From: Macrostomum lignano
Lineage: Eukaryota
DNA: 64,000 nucleotides
Direction: 5' to 3'
Assembly: GCA_002269645.1 (NCBI GenBank)
Contig: NIVC01001399.1
Coordinates: forward strand, 186,001-250,000
Shown here: positions 13,874-25,900 of the stretch, in pieces
Layout of the letters: each line of letters starts with the position of its first letter
How positions within the stretch are numbered: the stretch's first letter is position 1
Position numbers and translations under genes: made by a program
Notes under the pieces: generated by a model
Told to the model about the DNA's origin: nothing
The model's database searches: none
The model's input: only the letters and a program-made list of their open reading frames with translations

Positions 13874-16800
13874 ATGTCAGCCAGTAGTCAGGACTTCTGG
13901 CGCACCGGAACTGGGGTAGGCACTGGCCTGCCGCGCAAGGTGGCCAAAGGACGAGCTCAAGGAACTCTGCTCTCGTCAACTAAGTCGATGGACAATCTAA
14001 ATCAAACCGCCGCGTCGGAACAGTCCTCGGTGCCGCGAATCGATCTGACCAATTTTGACAGCCCTGAATTCGATTGTCTCGACTATGTCCTTACTAGTCC
14101 GCGCAGCCTAGAGGCCTGCCATCGCCTAGGCCTACAACCGGTTCGTCTGTTGTACAAACGACTGCAGGATTTCGAGCTCGAGAATCCGGGATTACCCGTG
14201 GCGCAGCTGTTTGAACTCTACGATAAACACGAAGCCGAGAGGAAGGCCAGTCTGAGCTTAGCTAGACAGGAGCGCGAGAAACTGATGGCTGCCGAGGAGT
14301 TTGTTGAGAATGATTCAGCAATTCGGTTAGTCATCCAGACTAAGCTAAAGATAAAGTACATTCGCTGTCTAGATTTTTAGGGCTTATGGTTTTGGTTTTA
14401 TTATTACATTTCTTAAAGCTAACTGATTGTTTTAACAACTGTAAGATCTCTAGGGTCTGTAAGATATGGCTTCTAGGATCTCTAGGGTCTGTAGAATATG
14501 GCTTCCAGTATCTCTAGGGTCTGTAGAATATGGCTTCCAGGATCTCTAGGGTCTGTAGAATATGGCTTCTAGGATCTCTAGGGTCTTTAGAATATGGCTT
14601 CTAGGATCTCTAGGGTCTGTAAGATATGGCTTCTAGGATCTCTAGGGTCTGTAAGATATGGCTTCCAGGATCTCTAGGGTCTGTAAGATATGGCTTCTAG
14701 GATCTCTAGGGTCTGTAGAATATGGCTTCTAGGATCTCTAGGGTCTGTAGAATATGGCTTCTAGGATCTCTAGGGTCTGTAAGATATGGCTTCTAGGATC
14801 TCTAGGGTCTGTAGAATATGGCTTCTAGGATCTCTAGGGTCTGTAGAATATGGCTTCTAGGATCTCTAGGGTCTGTAGAATATGGCTTCCAGGATCTCTA
14901 GGGTCTGTAGAATATGGCTTCCAGGATCTCTAGGGTCTGTAGAATATGGCTTCCAGGATCTCTAGGGTCTGTAGAATATGGCTTCCAGGATCTCTAGGGT
15001 CTGTAGAATATGGCTTCCAGTATCTCTAGGGTCTGTAGAATATGGCTTCTAGGATCTCTAGACTCTAGGGTCTGTAGAATATGGCTTCCAGGATCTCTAG
15101 GGTCTGTAGAATATGGCTTCCAGGATCTCTAGGGTCTGTAGAATATGGCTTCCAGTATCTCTAGGGTCTGTAGAATATGGCTTCTAGGATCTCTAGGGTC
15201 TGTAGAATATGGCTTCTAGGATCTCTAGGGTCTGTAAGATATGGCTTCTAGGATCTCTAGGGTCTGTAGAATATGGCTTCTAGGATCTCTAGGGTCTGTA
15301 AGATATGGCTTCTAGGATCTCTAGGGTCTGTAGAATATGGCTTCCAGGATCTCTAGGGTCTGTAAGATATGGCTTCCAGGATTTCTAGGGTCTGTAGAAT
15401 ATGGCTTCCAGTATCTCTAGGGTCTGTAGAATATGGCTTCTAGGATCTCTAGGGTCTGTAGAATATGGTTTCCAGTATCTCTAGGGTCTGTAGAATATGG
15501 CTTCTAGGATCTCTAGGGTCTGTAAAATATGGCTTCCAGGATCTCTAGGGTCTGTAAGATATGGCTTCCCGGATTTCTAGGGTCTGTAGAATGTGGCTTC
15601 CAGGATCTCTAGGGTCTGTAGAATATGGCTTCCAGTATCTCTAGGGTCTGTAGAATATGGCTTCCAGTATCTCTAGGGTCTGTAGAATATGGCTTCCAGG
15701 ATCTCTAGGGTCTGTAGAATATGGCTTCCAGGATCTCTAGGGTCTGTAGAATATGGTTTCCAGGATCTCTAGGGTCTGTAGATGGTTTCCAGGATCTCTA
15801 GGGTCTGTAGATGGCTTCCAGGATCTCTAGGGTCTGTAGACTATGGCTTCCAGGATCTCTAGGGTCTGTAGATGGCTTCCAGGATCTCTAGGGTCTGTAG
15901 AATATGGCTTCCAGGATCTCTAGGGTCTGTAGATTATGGTTTCCAGGATCTCTAGGGTCTGTAGATGGTTTCCAGGATCTCTAGGGTCTGTAGATTATTG
16001 CTTCCAGGATCTCTAGGGTCTGTAGATGGCTTCCAGGATCTCTAGCTAGGGTCTGTAGATGGTTTCCAGGATCTCTAGGGTCTGTAGACTATGGCTTCCA
16101 GGATCTCTAGGGTCTGTAGATGGCTTCCAGGATCTCTAGGGTCTGTAGATGGCTTCCAGGATCTTTAGGGTCTGTAGATGGTTTCCAGGATCTCTTGGGT
16201 CTGTAGACTATGGCTTCCAGGATCTTTAGGGTCTGTAGATGGTTTCCAGGATCTCTAGGGTCTGTAGACTATGGCTTCCAGGATCTTTAGGGTCTGTAGA
16301 TGGTTTCCAGGATCTCTAGGGTCTGTAGACTATGGCTTCCAGGATCTCTAGGGTCTGTAGACTATGGCTTCCAGGATCTCTAGGGTCTGTAGATGGCTTC
16401 CAGGATCTTTAGGGTCTGTAGATGGTTTCCAGGATCTCTTGGGTCTGTAGACTATGGCTTCCAGGATCTTTAGGGTCTGTAGATGGTTTCCAGGATCTCT
16501 AGGGTCTGTAGACTATGGCTTCCAGGATCTTTAGGGTCTGTAGATGGCTTCCAGGATCTCTAGGGTCTGTAGATGGTTTCCAGGATCTCTAGGGTCTGTA
16601 GACTATGGCTTCCAGGATCTTTAGGGTCTGTATATGGCTTCCAGGATCTCTAGGGTCTGTAGATGGTTTCCAGGATCTCTAGGGTCTGTAGATGGTTTCC
16701 AGGATCTCTTGGGTCTGTAGACTATGGCTTCCAGGATCTTTAGGGTCTGTAGATGGTTTCCAGGATCTCTTGGGTCTGTAGACTATGGCTTCCAGGATCT

Positions 16801-18879
16801 TTAGGGTCTGTATACTATGGCTTCCAGGATCTTTAGGGTCTGTAGATAGCTTCCAGCGTCTGCACTGCAAGTGGCTTCCAATCCCTCTGAAAAGTTGCAA
16901 GATCTCTGCAAAAGAGCCCTTAACTTTCATAGGAATCGAAGATAACTATTTATGCAAACGCATAAAACGAGGTCCATAGACCTCTGCCTCTACTGTGTAG
17001 TTTTTAATCGCAAAATTCCACACTTGATTTTGTTTGTTTCAGCAGTAAGCAGCAGCAGACAGCTCCGTTACTTAGCAACGGCGGGACCGACTCTGGCAAT
17101 TGGGAGTCACAGATTCGCCGGGAACTGGCGGATCACGAGGTTCAAGCTGAACGACTGAAGCAGCGGTTGGAAACTAGGCGGTTGAGGCGGCTGGTGAGTG
17201 TGGAATGGGTTGGTTATGGGCGCCAAATTAGGTGTCTGAATGGCGCCACATAAGGTGTCTGAATGGCGCCAAATTAGATTTCTTGATGGCGCTAAATTAG
17301 GTGTATGAATGGCGCAAAGTTAGGTGTCTAACTAGCGCCAAATTAGGTGTCTGAATAGCGCCAAATTATGTCTAAATGGCGCCAAATTAGGTGTCTGAAT
17401 AGCGCCAAATTATGTGTCTGAATGGCGCCAAATTAGGTGTCTTAACGGCGGTAAATTACGTGTCTAACTGGCGCTAAATTAGGTGTCTAAATGGCGCCAA
17501 ATTAGGTGTATGAATATCACCAAATTAGGTGTTACACAAGTACCTCACACCGCCGCACCCGCCTCAGGAGGAGTCAAAAGCGCGCCGCGACCGTGAGCGC
17601 CAGCTGACTGAGCAGAAGCAGCAACAGCAGCAGCAGCAGATCACTGGCAGCAGCAGCAGGCCCCGCCAGCGCTCCCAATCCACCGACGCTCTGAGCTCGT
17701 CAAGTCTGGGCGCCGTGGAACCATGGGAGACGCGTCAGCGTCAGGCTGAGATGCGCCGGCGCCAGGAACAGCGCCGAGCGAGTGGCGCCAGCGGTGCGGC
17801 GCTACAGGACAGCGCCGATGAGTTGGCGCGCGCCAGCCGCGCCAAATCCAGCCAAGAAGCCGAGGAGCGACAGCGCCGTCATCGGCAGCTAAAACGACGC
17901 GAACTGGCGCACCGAGATCGATCAGCTGAGATGCGCCGCATGGCTAAGCGCGAATCTGAATCTGCGCGCCAGGCTAGGGAGCTACGCGCGCAGTCGGCCA
18001 CTAGGAATCACGAACTGGCCATGGAGAAGAAGCAGCTGAGCCTGAAGGAGCAGCAGCTGATGCAATTGGAGAGGTAGTTTTCAGGGACAAAACTAGTAGG
18101 CATTTTCACTGGATTATTAGGTTATGATTTAGATTATTGGGTGATAAAAGCAGAATGGGATTTAGATTTTTGCGGGATAATAGCTGATTAGGATTTGGAT
18201 TATTGGGTGACAATAGTAGAATGGGATTTGGATTTAGATAACAAATCGAGATTTATTTTTTGGGCATAAAGCGAATAAGAAGAGATAAACTTTTACTAGG
18301 CACTACTGTTAGTAGAAATATAGGGAAAATGCATTGTAATAATGGAAACACTGCAAATTTATTGTATATTCTACTTACAGTAACACTATTCGACTCATCT
18401 CCTTAAATTAAACAAAAAGTCAACCATCACTTCGTCTTCCCCTCAGATTTCGCTCGTCAATCGAGCGCCGGAAGCGCTTAGAAAGGGAGATCGACGAATA
18501 CAAGGAGGAGCTGCGGCGCTATCGCGAACTGGCTGAACGGCGCGCCGAAGAGGTGGTGAATCGGCGCTCCCAGCAGATGGCGCGCCGAGCCGCAGCTAAA
18601 GAATCTCAGCGCCAAGCTGTGGCGCGCCGGAATCAGCGCGAACAGGAGCGCGCCGAGGAGGCCTGGCGCAGTCAGACAGAATCAAAATTGCTGGCTAAAC
18701 AACAGGAAGCGGCCAAGCTTGTTGAAGCGCGCAATAGGGAGCGCCAAAATGTGCGCGCCACCGCGGAGACGGCGGCGCGACTGCGCGCCAGTGCTAAGCG
18801 CGGCTCGGATACGTTTGACAAGAAAGTGGCACAAGTTAATCTGGTTAATAGTCTGGGCTTGGGTCACGAGTTTAAGTAA
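13874..18879 (+). CDS. CCDC177: CCDC177-like coiled-coil protein, 4 exons, 513 aa
   Basis: join(13874..14325,17043..17193,17568..18073,18447..18879) = 1542 nt; all introns GT-AG and phase-consistent. N-terminal IDLTNFDSPE...YVLTSPRSLEAC matches the CCDC177 signature LDLFNFDCPE...YVLTSPRSLEAC; the rest is R/E/Q-rich coiled coil. Confidence 0.88.
14445..16856. repeat. ~30-33-bp minisatellite (GGATCTCTAGGGTCTGTAGAATATGGCTTCCA), about 75 copies, in CCDC177 intron 1
   Basis: Direct inspection. Confidence 0.97.
17218..17532. repeat. 23-bp minisatellite (GGCGCCAAATTAGGTGTCTGAAT), about 13 copies, in CCDC177 intron 2
   Basis: Direct inspection. Confidence 0.92.
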
Positions 18880-19364
18880 TGAAATTTTACTGTTATTACT
18901 AGCAGTAGGCGGGTAAGTGTGGCTTTTTTGTCATACCATCAACGGGATTTGCAGATAAGGCCAATCAGCAAAGGGAGAAAATTGAGGGTTGGGGCAGGGC
19001 TTGGCAGAGAGAGGCGGCCCGTAAAGCCTCTCTCGAGTTCTTTTAAACTTCCTAATAGCAATCCGGGTTTCTTCTTCTCAGGGGTTTTTGTCTCTTCTCA
19101 GCACATTTTTCTTTTCTATCCTCTATCATTTCCCTTTTCCCCTCCTTTTTCCTCTCCTCTATCCTCTTCTCTACTTTCCTTTTTCCTCTCTTCTCTCTCA
19201 TCTCCCCTATCCCCTCCTCTCCTCTCCTCTCTTATCTCATTTCTCCCATCTTCTCTCATTTCCCCTCTCTCCTCTCTTCTTTATGGCCTGCAGTCATGCG
19301 CTAGATTCTATATCTAATCCTTAAGTTAAAAAAGTTTGCCAACCCCAGTGTTAGGGTTGATACA

Positions 19365-19611
19365 CCTGCCCTAATTGGCAGATGTGCAACCGACAGCTCA
19401 GCCGCAGCTATTGCACGGTGCATCTGAAGGCTGCGTACGGCTGTTCAGTCCAAGCTAATGCTGGCACCAATTTTACAGCTGGGCAAACTGAAGCAGTGCA
19501 GATCGTTAAGTGTCTTGCTCAATGACACAAATTGTTCCAAGTTGGGTCGAGAATCGAACCTCCGACCTTTCAGTCGGGAGTCCGACGTTCAAACCACTAG
19601 GCTACAACCCC
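19365..19611 (-). mobile_element. tRNA-derived SINE
   Basis: Minus-strand head GGGGTTGTAGCCTAGTGGTTTGAACGTCGGACTCCCGACTGAAAGGTCGGAGGTTCGATTCTCGACCC (A box TAGCCTAGTGG, B box GGTTCGATTC), followed by GTGTCATTGAGCAAGACACTT...CCCAGCTGTAAAATTGGTGCCAGC. A homologous copy lies at 55.8-56.1 kb. Confidence 0.85.
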
Positions 19612-20721
19612 CTAGGCTATATGACTTAAGGGAAAGTTGCTGAGAAGTTCTGGGGTCAGAATACTTTGTAGAATTAACCCATAGACAGCTGGCTTGGCGG
19701 CCAATCATAGGAAAAGTATGGGGACTTGATTGGCTGTATTGTCTATGGCCCAGAGCTGCTGCAGCCAATAGGCATTCTCCATTTGATCAGCTTAATTATC
19801 ATCAACTTGACTAATCTGTTGGGCCATAGACTAAATGAGTTCGAAATAATCTAATCTGTCAGTGTAGTGTCTTGTGGCCAAAACCAATGTTTTTATAACA
19901 ATTTTCATGTTCTTTTTTTCAAATTTTAATTGACTAAAGACTATATATTATTTTAGACTAAGTAAATCTTATTGTCTGATTTTTTAAATGATTTCAACTG
20001 GAAAAATGTTTTTCTTTTGTTTTTTCTATTATTTCTCTAGGAATTTTTGGAATTTGCCGTTTGTTTCTATCTATTTTTATACTTTTGAACATAGTTCTGA
20101 CCGTCCGAACAATATTTTAAGACTTTATCTCGCATTGATCCCTCTATCTTTAGATACTTTCCGTCCTGTTGTATGCGTACAAGAATATTAAATATTAAAT
20201 AAATATAGTTATAGAAAATGCTCACGACTTTATTATTAAAGCTGATTTCAGTGCTGGTTACTGAACAGTTAATCGTCAATTGCGTTTAGATTTCGTTTTT
20301 TGGTGTCTTTAGGACAGATTATTTAAACATTCATCTTACGAAACCAGTTAGTCCAATGAAGATTATGGCTGGGCGATGCCTTATGAGACCGAGAACTATA
20401 AGAGTAGCAGCTTTAATCCAACTCTAGCCATGCGCAATTAAGTACTACCTAGAAAAACTATAGATAGGCCACTCGGCACATTTGCGTGTAAACTACATGC
20501 ACTATCAGTTTAGTTGTAAATTAATTAAACCGAAGCAATTTTTGTACTTTTAAACACAAGGCTCATTATTAGCTCTTAACTAGCAATCTTCGCCCCCCGT
20601 TGGGGGACATCCGTATAGAATCTCTGTTCTCTACAAGTAATAAGAAGATAGCCAAATAAAGCTTTCACAAAGAAAACAGACAAACTACTCAAATGAAGTG
20701 CAATGCAAAAAGAAATCATCC

Positions 20722-21510
20722 CAAGACAGCAAGCATCCCCCAGATTGCAAGCATCCCCCGGATAGCAAGCATCCCCAGATAGCAAGCATCACCCAAATAG
20801 CAAGCATCCCCCAGATAGCAAGAATCCCCAGATAGCAAGCATCCCCCAGATAGCAAGCATCCCCCAGATAGCAAGCATCCCCCAGATAGCAAGCATCCCC
20901 CAGATAGCAAGCATCCCCCAGATAGCAAAAGCATCCCCCAGATAGCAAGCATCCCCCAGATAGCAAGCATCCCCAGATAGCAAGCATCCCCCAGATAGCA
21001 AGCATCCCTCAGATAGCAAGCATCCCCCAGATTGCAAGCATCCCCCAGATAGCAAGCATCCCCAGATAGCAAGCATCCCTCAGATAGCAAGCATCCCCCA
21101 GATAGCAAGCATCCCCAGATTGCAAGCATCCCCCAGATAGCAAGCATCCCCCAGATAGCAAGCATCCCCCAGATTGCAAGCATCCCCCGGATAGCAAGCA
21201 TCCCCAGATAGCAAGCATCCCCCAAATAGCAAGCATCCCCCGGATAGCAAGCATCCCCCAGAAAGCAAGCATCCCCCAGATAGCAAGCATCCCCCAGATA
21301 GCAAGCATCCCCAGATTGCAAGCATCCCCCAGATAGCAAGCATCCCCAGATAGCAAGCATCCCCCAGATAGCAAGCATCCCCCAGATAGCAAGCATCCCC
21401 CAGATAGCAAGCATCCCCAGATAGCAAGCATCCCCCAGATAGCAAGCATCCCTCAGATAGCAAGCATCCCCCAGATAGATAGCATCCCCAAATAGCAAGC
21501 ATCCACCAGA
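20722..21510. repeat. 17-18-bp minisatellite (GATAGCAAGCATCCCCCA) inside Helitron unit 1; also at about 23520-24600, 26975-27690, 29490-30080 and 32470-33555
   Basis: Direct inspection; source of the GDACYL/MLAIWG pseudo-ORFs. Confidence 0.95.
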
Positions 21511-21589
21511 CAATAAGTAGCTAGTGCGACAATTTCCTTAGCATTATAGTGGCTCCTTTAAAATTCGCTCACTTTTACGTTTGAAATTG

Positions 21590-22800
21590 TGTATCTTTTA
21601 TGTTTGACATGGTGGCTCTTTTATGTTTGAAATGAAGTCACTTATATGTTTGACATGGTGAATCTTTTAAATGTTTTACAGGTTGGCTCTTTAATTTTCA
21701 ACATGGTGGCTCTTTTATGTTCGACATAGTGGCTCCTTTATGTTCGACATGGTGGCTCTTTTATGTTCTACATGGTGGTTCTTTTATGTTCGACATGGCG
21801 GCTCCTTTATGTTCGACATGGTGGCTCTCTAATGTTTGACATGGTGGCTCCTTAATGTTTGACATAGTGGCTCTTTAATATTCAACAAAGTGGCTCTTTA
21901 ATGTTTGACATAATGACTTTTTAATGTTCAAAATGGTGGCTCTTTAATGTTTGACATGGTGGCTCTTTAATGTTTGACATGGTGGCTCTTTAATGTTCGA
22001 CACGATGGCACTTTAATGTTTGACATGGTGGCTCTTTAATGTTTGACATGGTAGCTCTTTAATGTTCGAAATGTTTTTTTTGTTTTACAGTGGCTCTTTA
22101 ATGTTCAACATGGTGGCTCTTTTTTTGTTTGAAATAAAGTCTCTTATATGTTTGACATGGTGGCTCTTTAATGTTCGGCATGATGGCTCTTTAATGTTCG
22201 ACATGAAGTCACGTATATGTTTGATATAGAGTCACATATATGTTTTACATAGTGGCTCTTTTATGTTTGACATGGTGGCTCTTTTATGTTTGAAATGGTG
22301 GCTCTTTTATGTTTGAAATGGTGGCTCTTTAATGTTTGACATGGCGGCTCTTTAATGTTCGACATGGTGGCTCTTTACTGTTTGACATAGTGGCTCTTTA
22401 ATATTCAACATAGTGGCTCTTTAATGTTTGACATGGTGGCTCTTTAATGTTTGACACGATGGCACTTTAATGTTTGACATGGTGGCTCTTTAATGTTTGA
22501 CATGGTGGCTCCATTATGTTTACATGGTAACTCTTTAATTTTTGACATTGTGGCCCTTTAATGTTCGACATGGTGGTTCTTTAATGTTCGACATGGAGTC
22601 ACGAATATGCTCGACATGGTGGCTCTTTAATGTTTGACATTGTGGCCTTTTAATGTTCGACATGGTGGCTCTTTGATGTTTGACATGGTGGCTCTTTAAT
22701 GTTCGACATGGTGGCTCTCTAATTTTTGACATTGTGGCTCTTTAATGTTCGACATGGAGTCGCGTATATGCTTGGCATGGTGGCCCTTTTATGTTTAGCA
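21590..22800. repeat. 23-bp minisatellite (GTTTGACATGGTGGCTCTTTAAT) inside Helitron unit 1; also at about 24600-26240, 27770-28745, 30120-31740 and 33555-35260
   Basis: Direct inspection; the 23-aa periodicity (3x23 nt) of the pseudo-ORF MSNIKEPPCQTLKSHHVKHKRAT confirms the unit length. Confidence 0.95.
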
Positions 22801-22839
22801 TTTTGTGTTTTGAAGGTGTTTTAACAAAAAAATTATTTT

Positions 22840-22905
22840 GCTCTACTAAGATTCGAACCCAGGTCACTACATTAGCAGTCCGGTCTGCTCGCATCTAGGC
22901 TATCT
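22840..22905 (-). pseudogene. tRNA-derived segment inside the Helitron (also at about 26287-26350, 28794-28857, 31789-31852, 35306-35369)
   Basis: Minus strand reads TAGCCTAGATGCGA(G/A)CAGAC(C/T)GGACTGCTAATGTAG(T/C)GACCTGGGTTCGAATCTTAG: A-box-like start, anticodon loop CT-GCT-AA, T-arm CTGGG-TTCGAAT-CTTAG. No good acceptor stem. Confidence 0.7.
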
Positions 22906-25900
22906 CTTTTTTTAATCTGAGAACATGAACTGTGGCCCTTTGAATTCAATTCTTACAGCAAGTCAATTGGAGTAAAAAGTTATGACATAATCAATTTCTC
23001 GGTCAGCCAGTATCAGTCCCAATTTAAGTTAGCAATATGGTTACGCAATTTCTATCAAGTAGTGTGTGCATTTCTTTGACACTGTTTTCAACTTTTTGTG
23101 ATGCAATCTTTATCACAATTGAAATTCAGTCAGTCAGTTTTTTCTCTCGCATTTTTACAATGCCTTTCAAGTTGAAAGAGCTGCTTGACCTTTGCAAAAA
23201 AGCATGTTTTTCGAATATTTAATCCCTTTAAAATTGAGCAATTTCTTAGCCAAGATGCATGTACCGTCCCAGGAAAATTTCTGATCGAATAGTGCAAGTT
23301 TGAAGAAAATCGGTTAAGCCGTTTTTTCTGAAATCCATCTCACAGAGACACACATTTCATTTTTAGTATATAGGACTAGCAATCTTCGCCCCCCGATGGG
23401 GGGCATCTAGATAGAATCTCTGGCACTCTACAAGTATCAAAAAGACGGCCAAATAAAGCCTTCACATAGACAATAGAAAAACTGCTCAAATGAAGTGCAA
23501 TGCAAAAAAATATCCCAGGACAGCAAGCAACCCCCCAGATAGCAAGCACCCCCAGATAGCAAGCATCCACCTAATAGCAAGCACCCTTAGATAGCAAGCA
23601 TCCCCAGATAGCAAGCACCCTTGGATAGCAAGGCAAGCATCTCCAGATAGCAAGCACCCCCAGATAGCAGGCACCCCAGATAGCAAGCATCCACCTAATA
23701 GCAAGCACCCCAAGATAGCAAGCATCCACCTAATAGCAAGCACCCTTAGATAGCAAGCACCCCCAGATAGCAAGCACCCCCAGATAGCAAGCACCCCAAG
23801 TAGCAAGCATCTCTAGATAGCAAGCACCCCAGATAGCAGGCACCCCAGATAGCAAGCATCCACCTAATAGCAAGCACCCCAAGATAGCAAGCATCCACCT
23901 AATAGCAAGCACCCTTAGATAGCAAGCACCCCCAGATAGCAAGCACCCCCAGATAGCAAGCATCTCCAGATAGCAAGCACCCCCAGATAGCAAGCATCCA
24001 CCTAATAGCAAGCACCCCCAGATAGCAAGCATCCACCTAATAGCAAGCACCCCCAGATAGCAAGCATCCACCTAATAGCAAGCACCCCCAGATAGCAAGC
24101 ACCCCCAGATAGCAAGCACCCCCAGATAGCAAGCATCTCTAGATAGCAAGCACCCCCAGATAGCAGGCACCCCAGATAGCAAGCATCCACCTAATAGCAA
24201 GCACCCCAGATAGCAAGCATCTCCAGATAGCAAGCACCCCCAGATAGCAGGCACCCCAGATAGCAAGCATCCACCTAATAGCAAGCACCCCCAGATAGCA
24301 AGCACCCCCAGATAGCAAGAACCCCCAGATAGCAGGCACCCCAGATAGCAAGCATCCACCTAATAGCAAGCACCCCCAGATAGCAAGCACCCCCAGATAG
24401 CAAGCACCCCCAGATAGCACGCATCTCCAGATAGCAAGCACTCCAAGATAGCAGGCACCCCAGATAGCAAGCATCCACCTAATAGCAAGCACCCCCAGAT
24501 AGCTAGAACCCCCAAGATAGCAAGCATCCCCCCAGATAGCAAGCACCCACAGATAGCACGCATCTCCAGATAGCAAGCACTCCAAGATAGTAGGCACCCC
24601 ATTTATGTTTGACATGGTAGCTGTTTTGTGTCTGACATGGTGGCTCTTTAATGTTTGAGCTGGTGGCTCTTTTATGTTTGACATGGTGGCACTTTATTGT
24701 CTGAAATGGAGTCATGTATACGCTTGACATGGTGACTCGTAGATGTTTGACAAAGTGGCTCTTTTATGTTCGACATGTGGCTCTTTAATGTTTGACATGG
24801 TGGCTCTTTAATGTTTGACATGGTGGCTCTTTAATGTTTGACATGGTGGGTCTTTAATTTATGACATGGTGGCTCTTTTATGTTTGACATGATGGCTCTT
24901 TAATGTTCGACATGGTGGCTGTTTAATGTTTGTTATGTAGTCATATGTATATGTTTTACATGGTGGCTCTTTTATGTGTGACATGGAGTCACGTATATAT
25001 TTGACATGGAGTCACATATGTTTGACATGGTGGCTCTTTAGTGTTCGATATGGTGGCTCTTTAATGTTTGACATGGTGGCTCTTTTATGTTTGACATAGT
25101 GGCTCTTTAATGTCTGACATGGTGGCTCTTTAATGTTTGACATGGTGGCTCTTTTATGTTTGACATGATGGCTCTTTAATGTTCGACATGGTGGGCTGTT
25201 TAATGTTTGTTATGTAGTCATATGTATATGTTTTACATGGTGGCCCTTTTATGTGTGACATGGAGGCACGTATATATTCGACATGGAGTCACATATGTTT
25301 GACATGGTGGCTCTTTAGTGTTCGATATGGTGGCTCTTTAATGTTTGACATGGTGGCTCTTTAATGTCTGACATGGTGGCTCTTTAATGTTTGACATGGT
25401 GGCTCTTTTATGCTTGACATGGTGGCTCTTTAATGTTCGACATGGTGGCTCTTTAATGTTTGACATGGTGGCTCTTTTATGCTTGACATGGTGGCTCTTT
25501 TATGTTCGACATGGAGGCTCTTTTTTGTTCTACATGGTAACTCTTTTATGTTTGATACGGTGGCTTTTTAGTATCTGACATTGTGGCTCTTCTATGTTTG
25601 ACATTGTGGCTCTTTTATGTTTGACATGGTGGCTCTTTAATGTTTGACATGGTGGCTCTTTAATGTACGACATAAAGGTTCGTTTATGTTCGACATGGTG
25701 GCTCTTTTAGGTTTGACATGGTAGCTCTTTTATGTTCGACATGGTGGCTCTTTTAGGTTTGACATGGTGGCTCTTTTAGGTTTGACATGGTAGCTCTTTT
25801 ATGTTCGACATGGTGGCTCTTAAATGTTTCACATGATGGCTCTTAAATGTCTTACATGGTGGCTCTTTTATGTTTGACAATGTGGCTCTTTAATGTTTTA

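Noticed and set aside
22840-22905. Functional tRNA-Ser(GCT) gene
   Set aside because: No acceptor stem, no long variable arm, a mismatched anticodon stem, and the anticodon varies between units.
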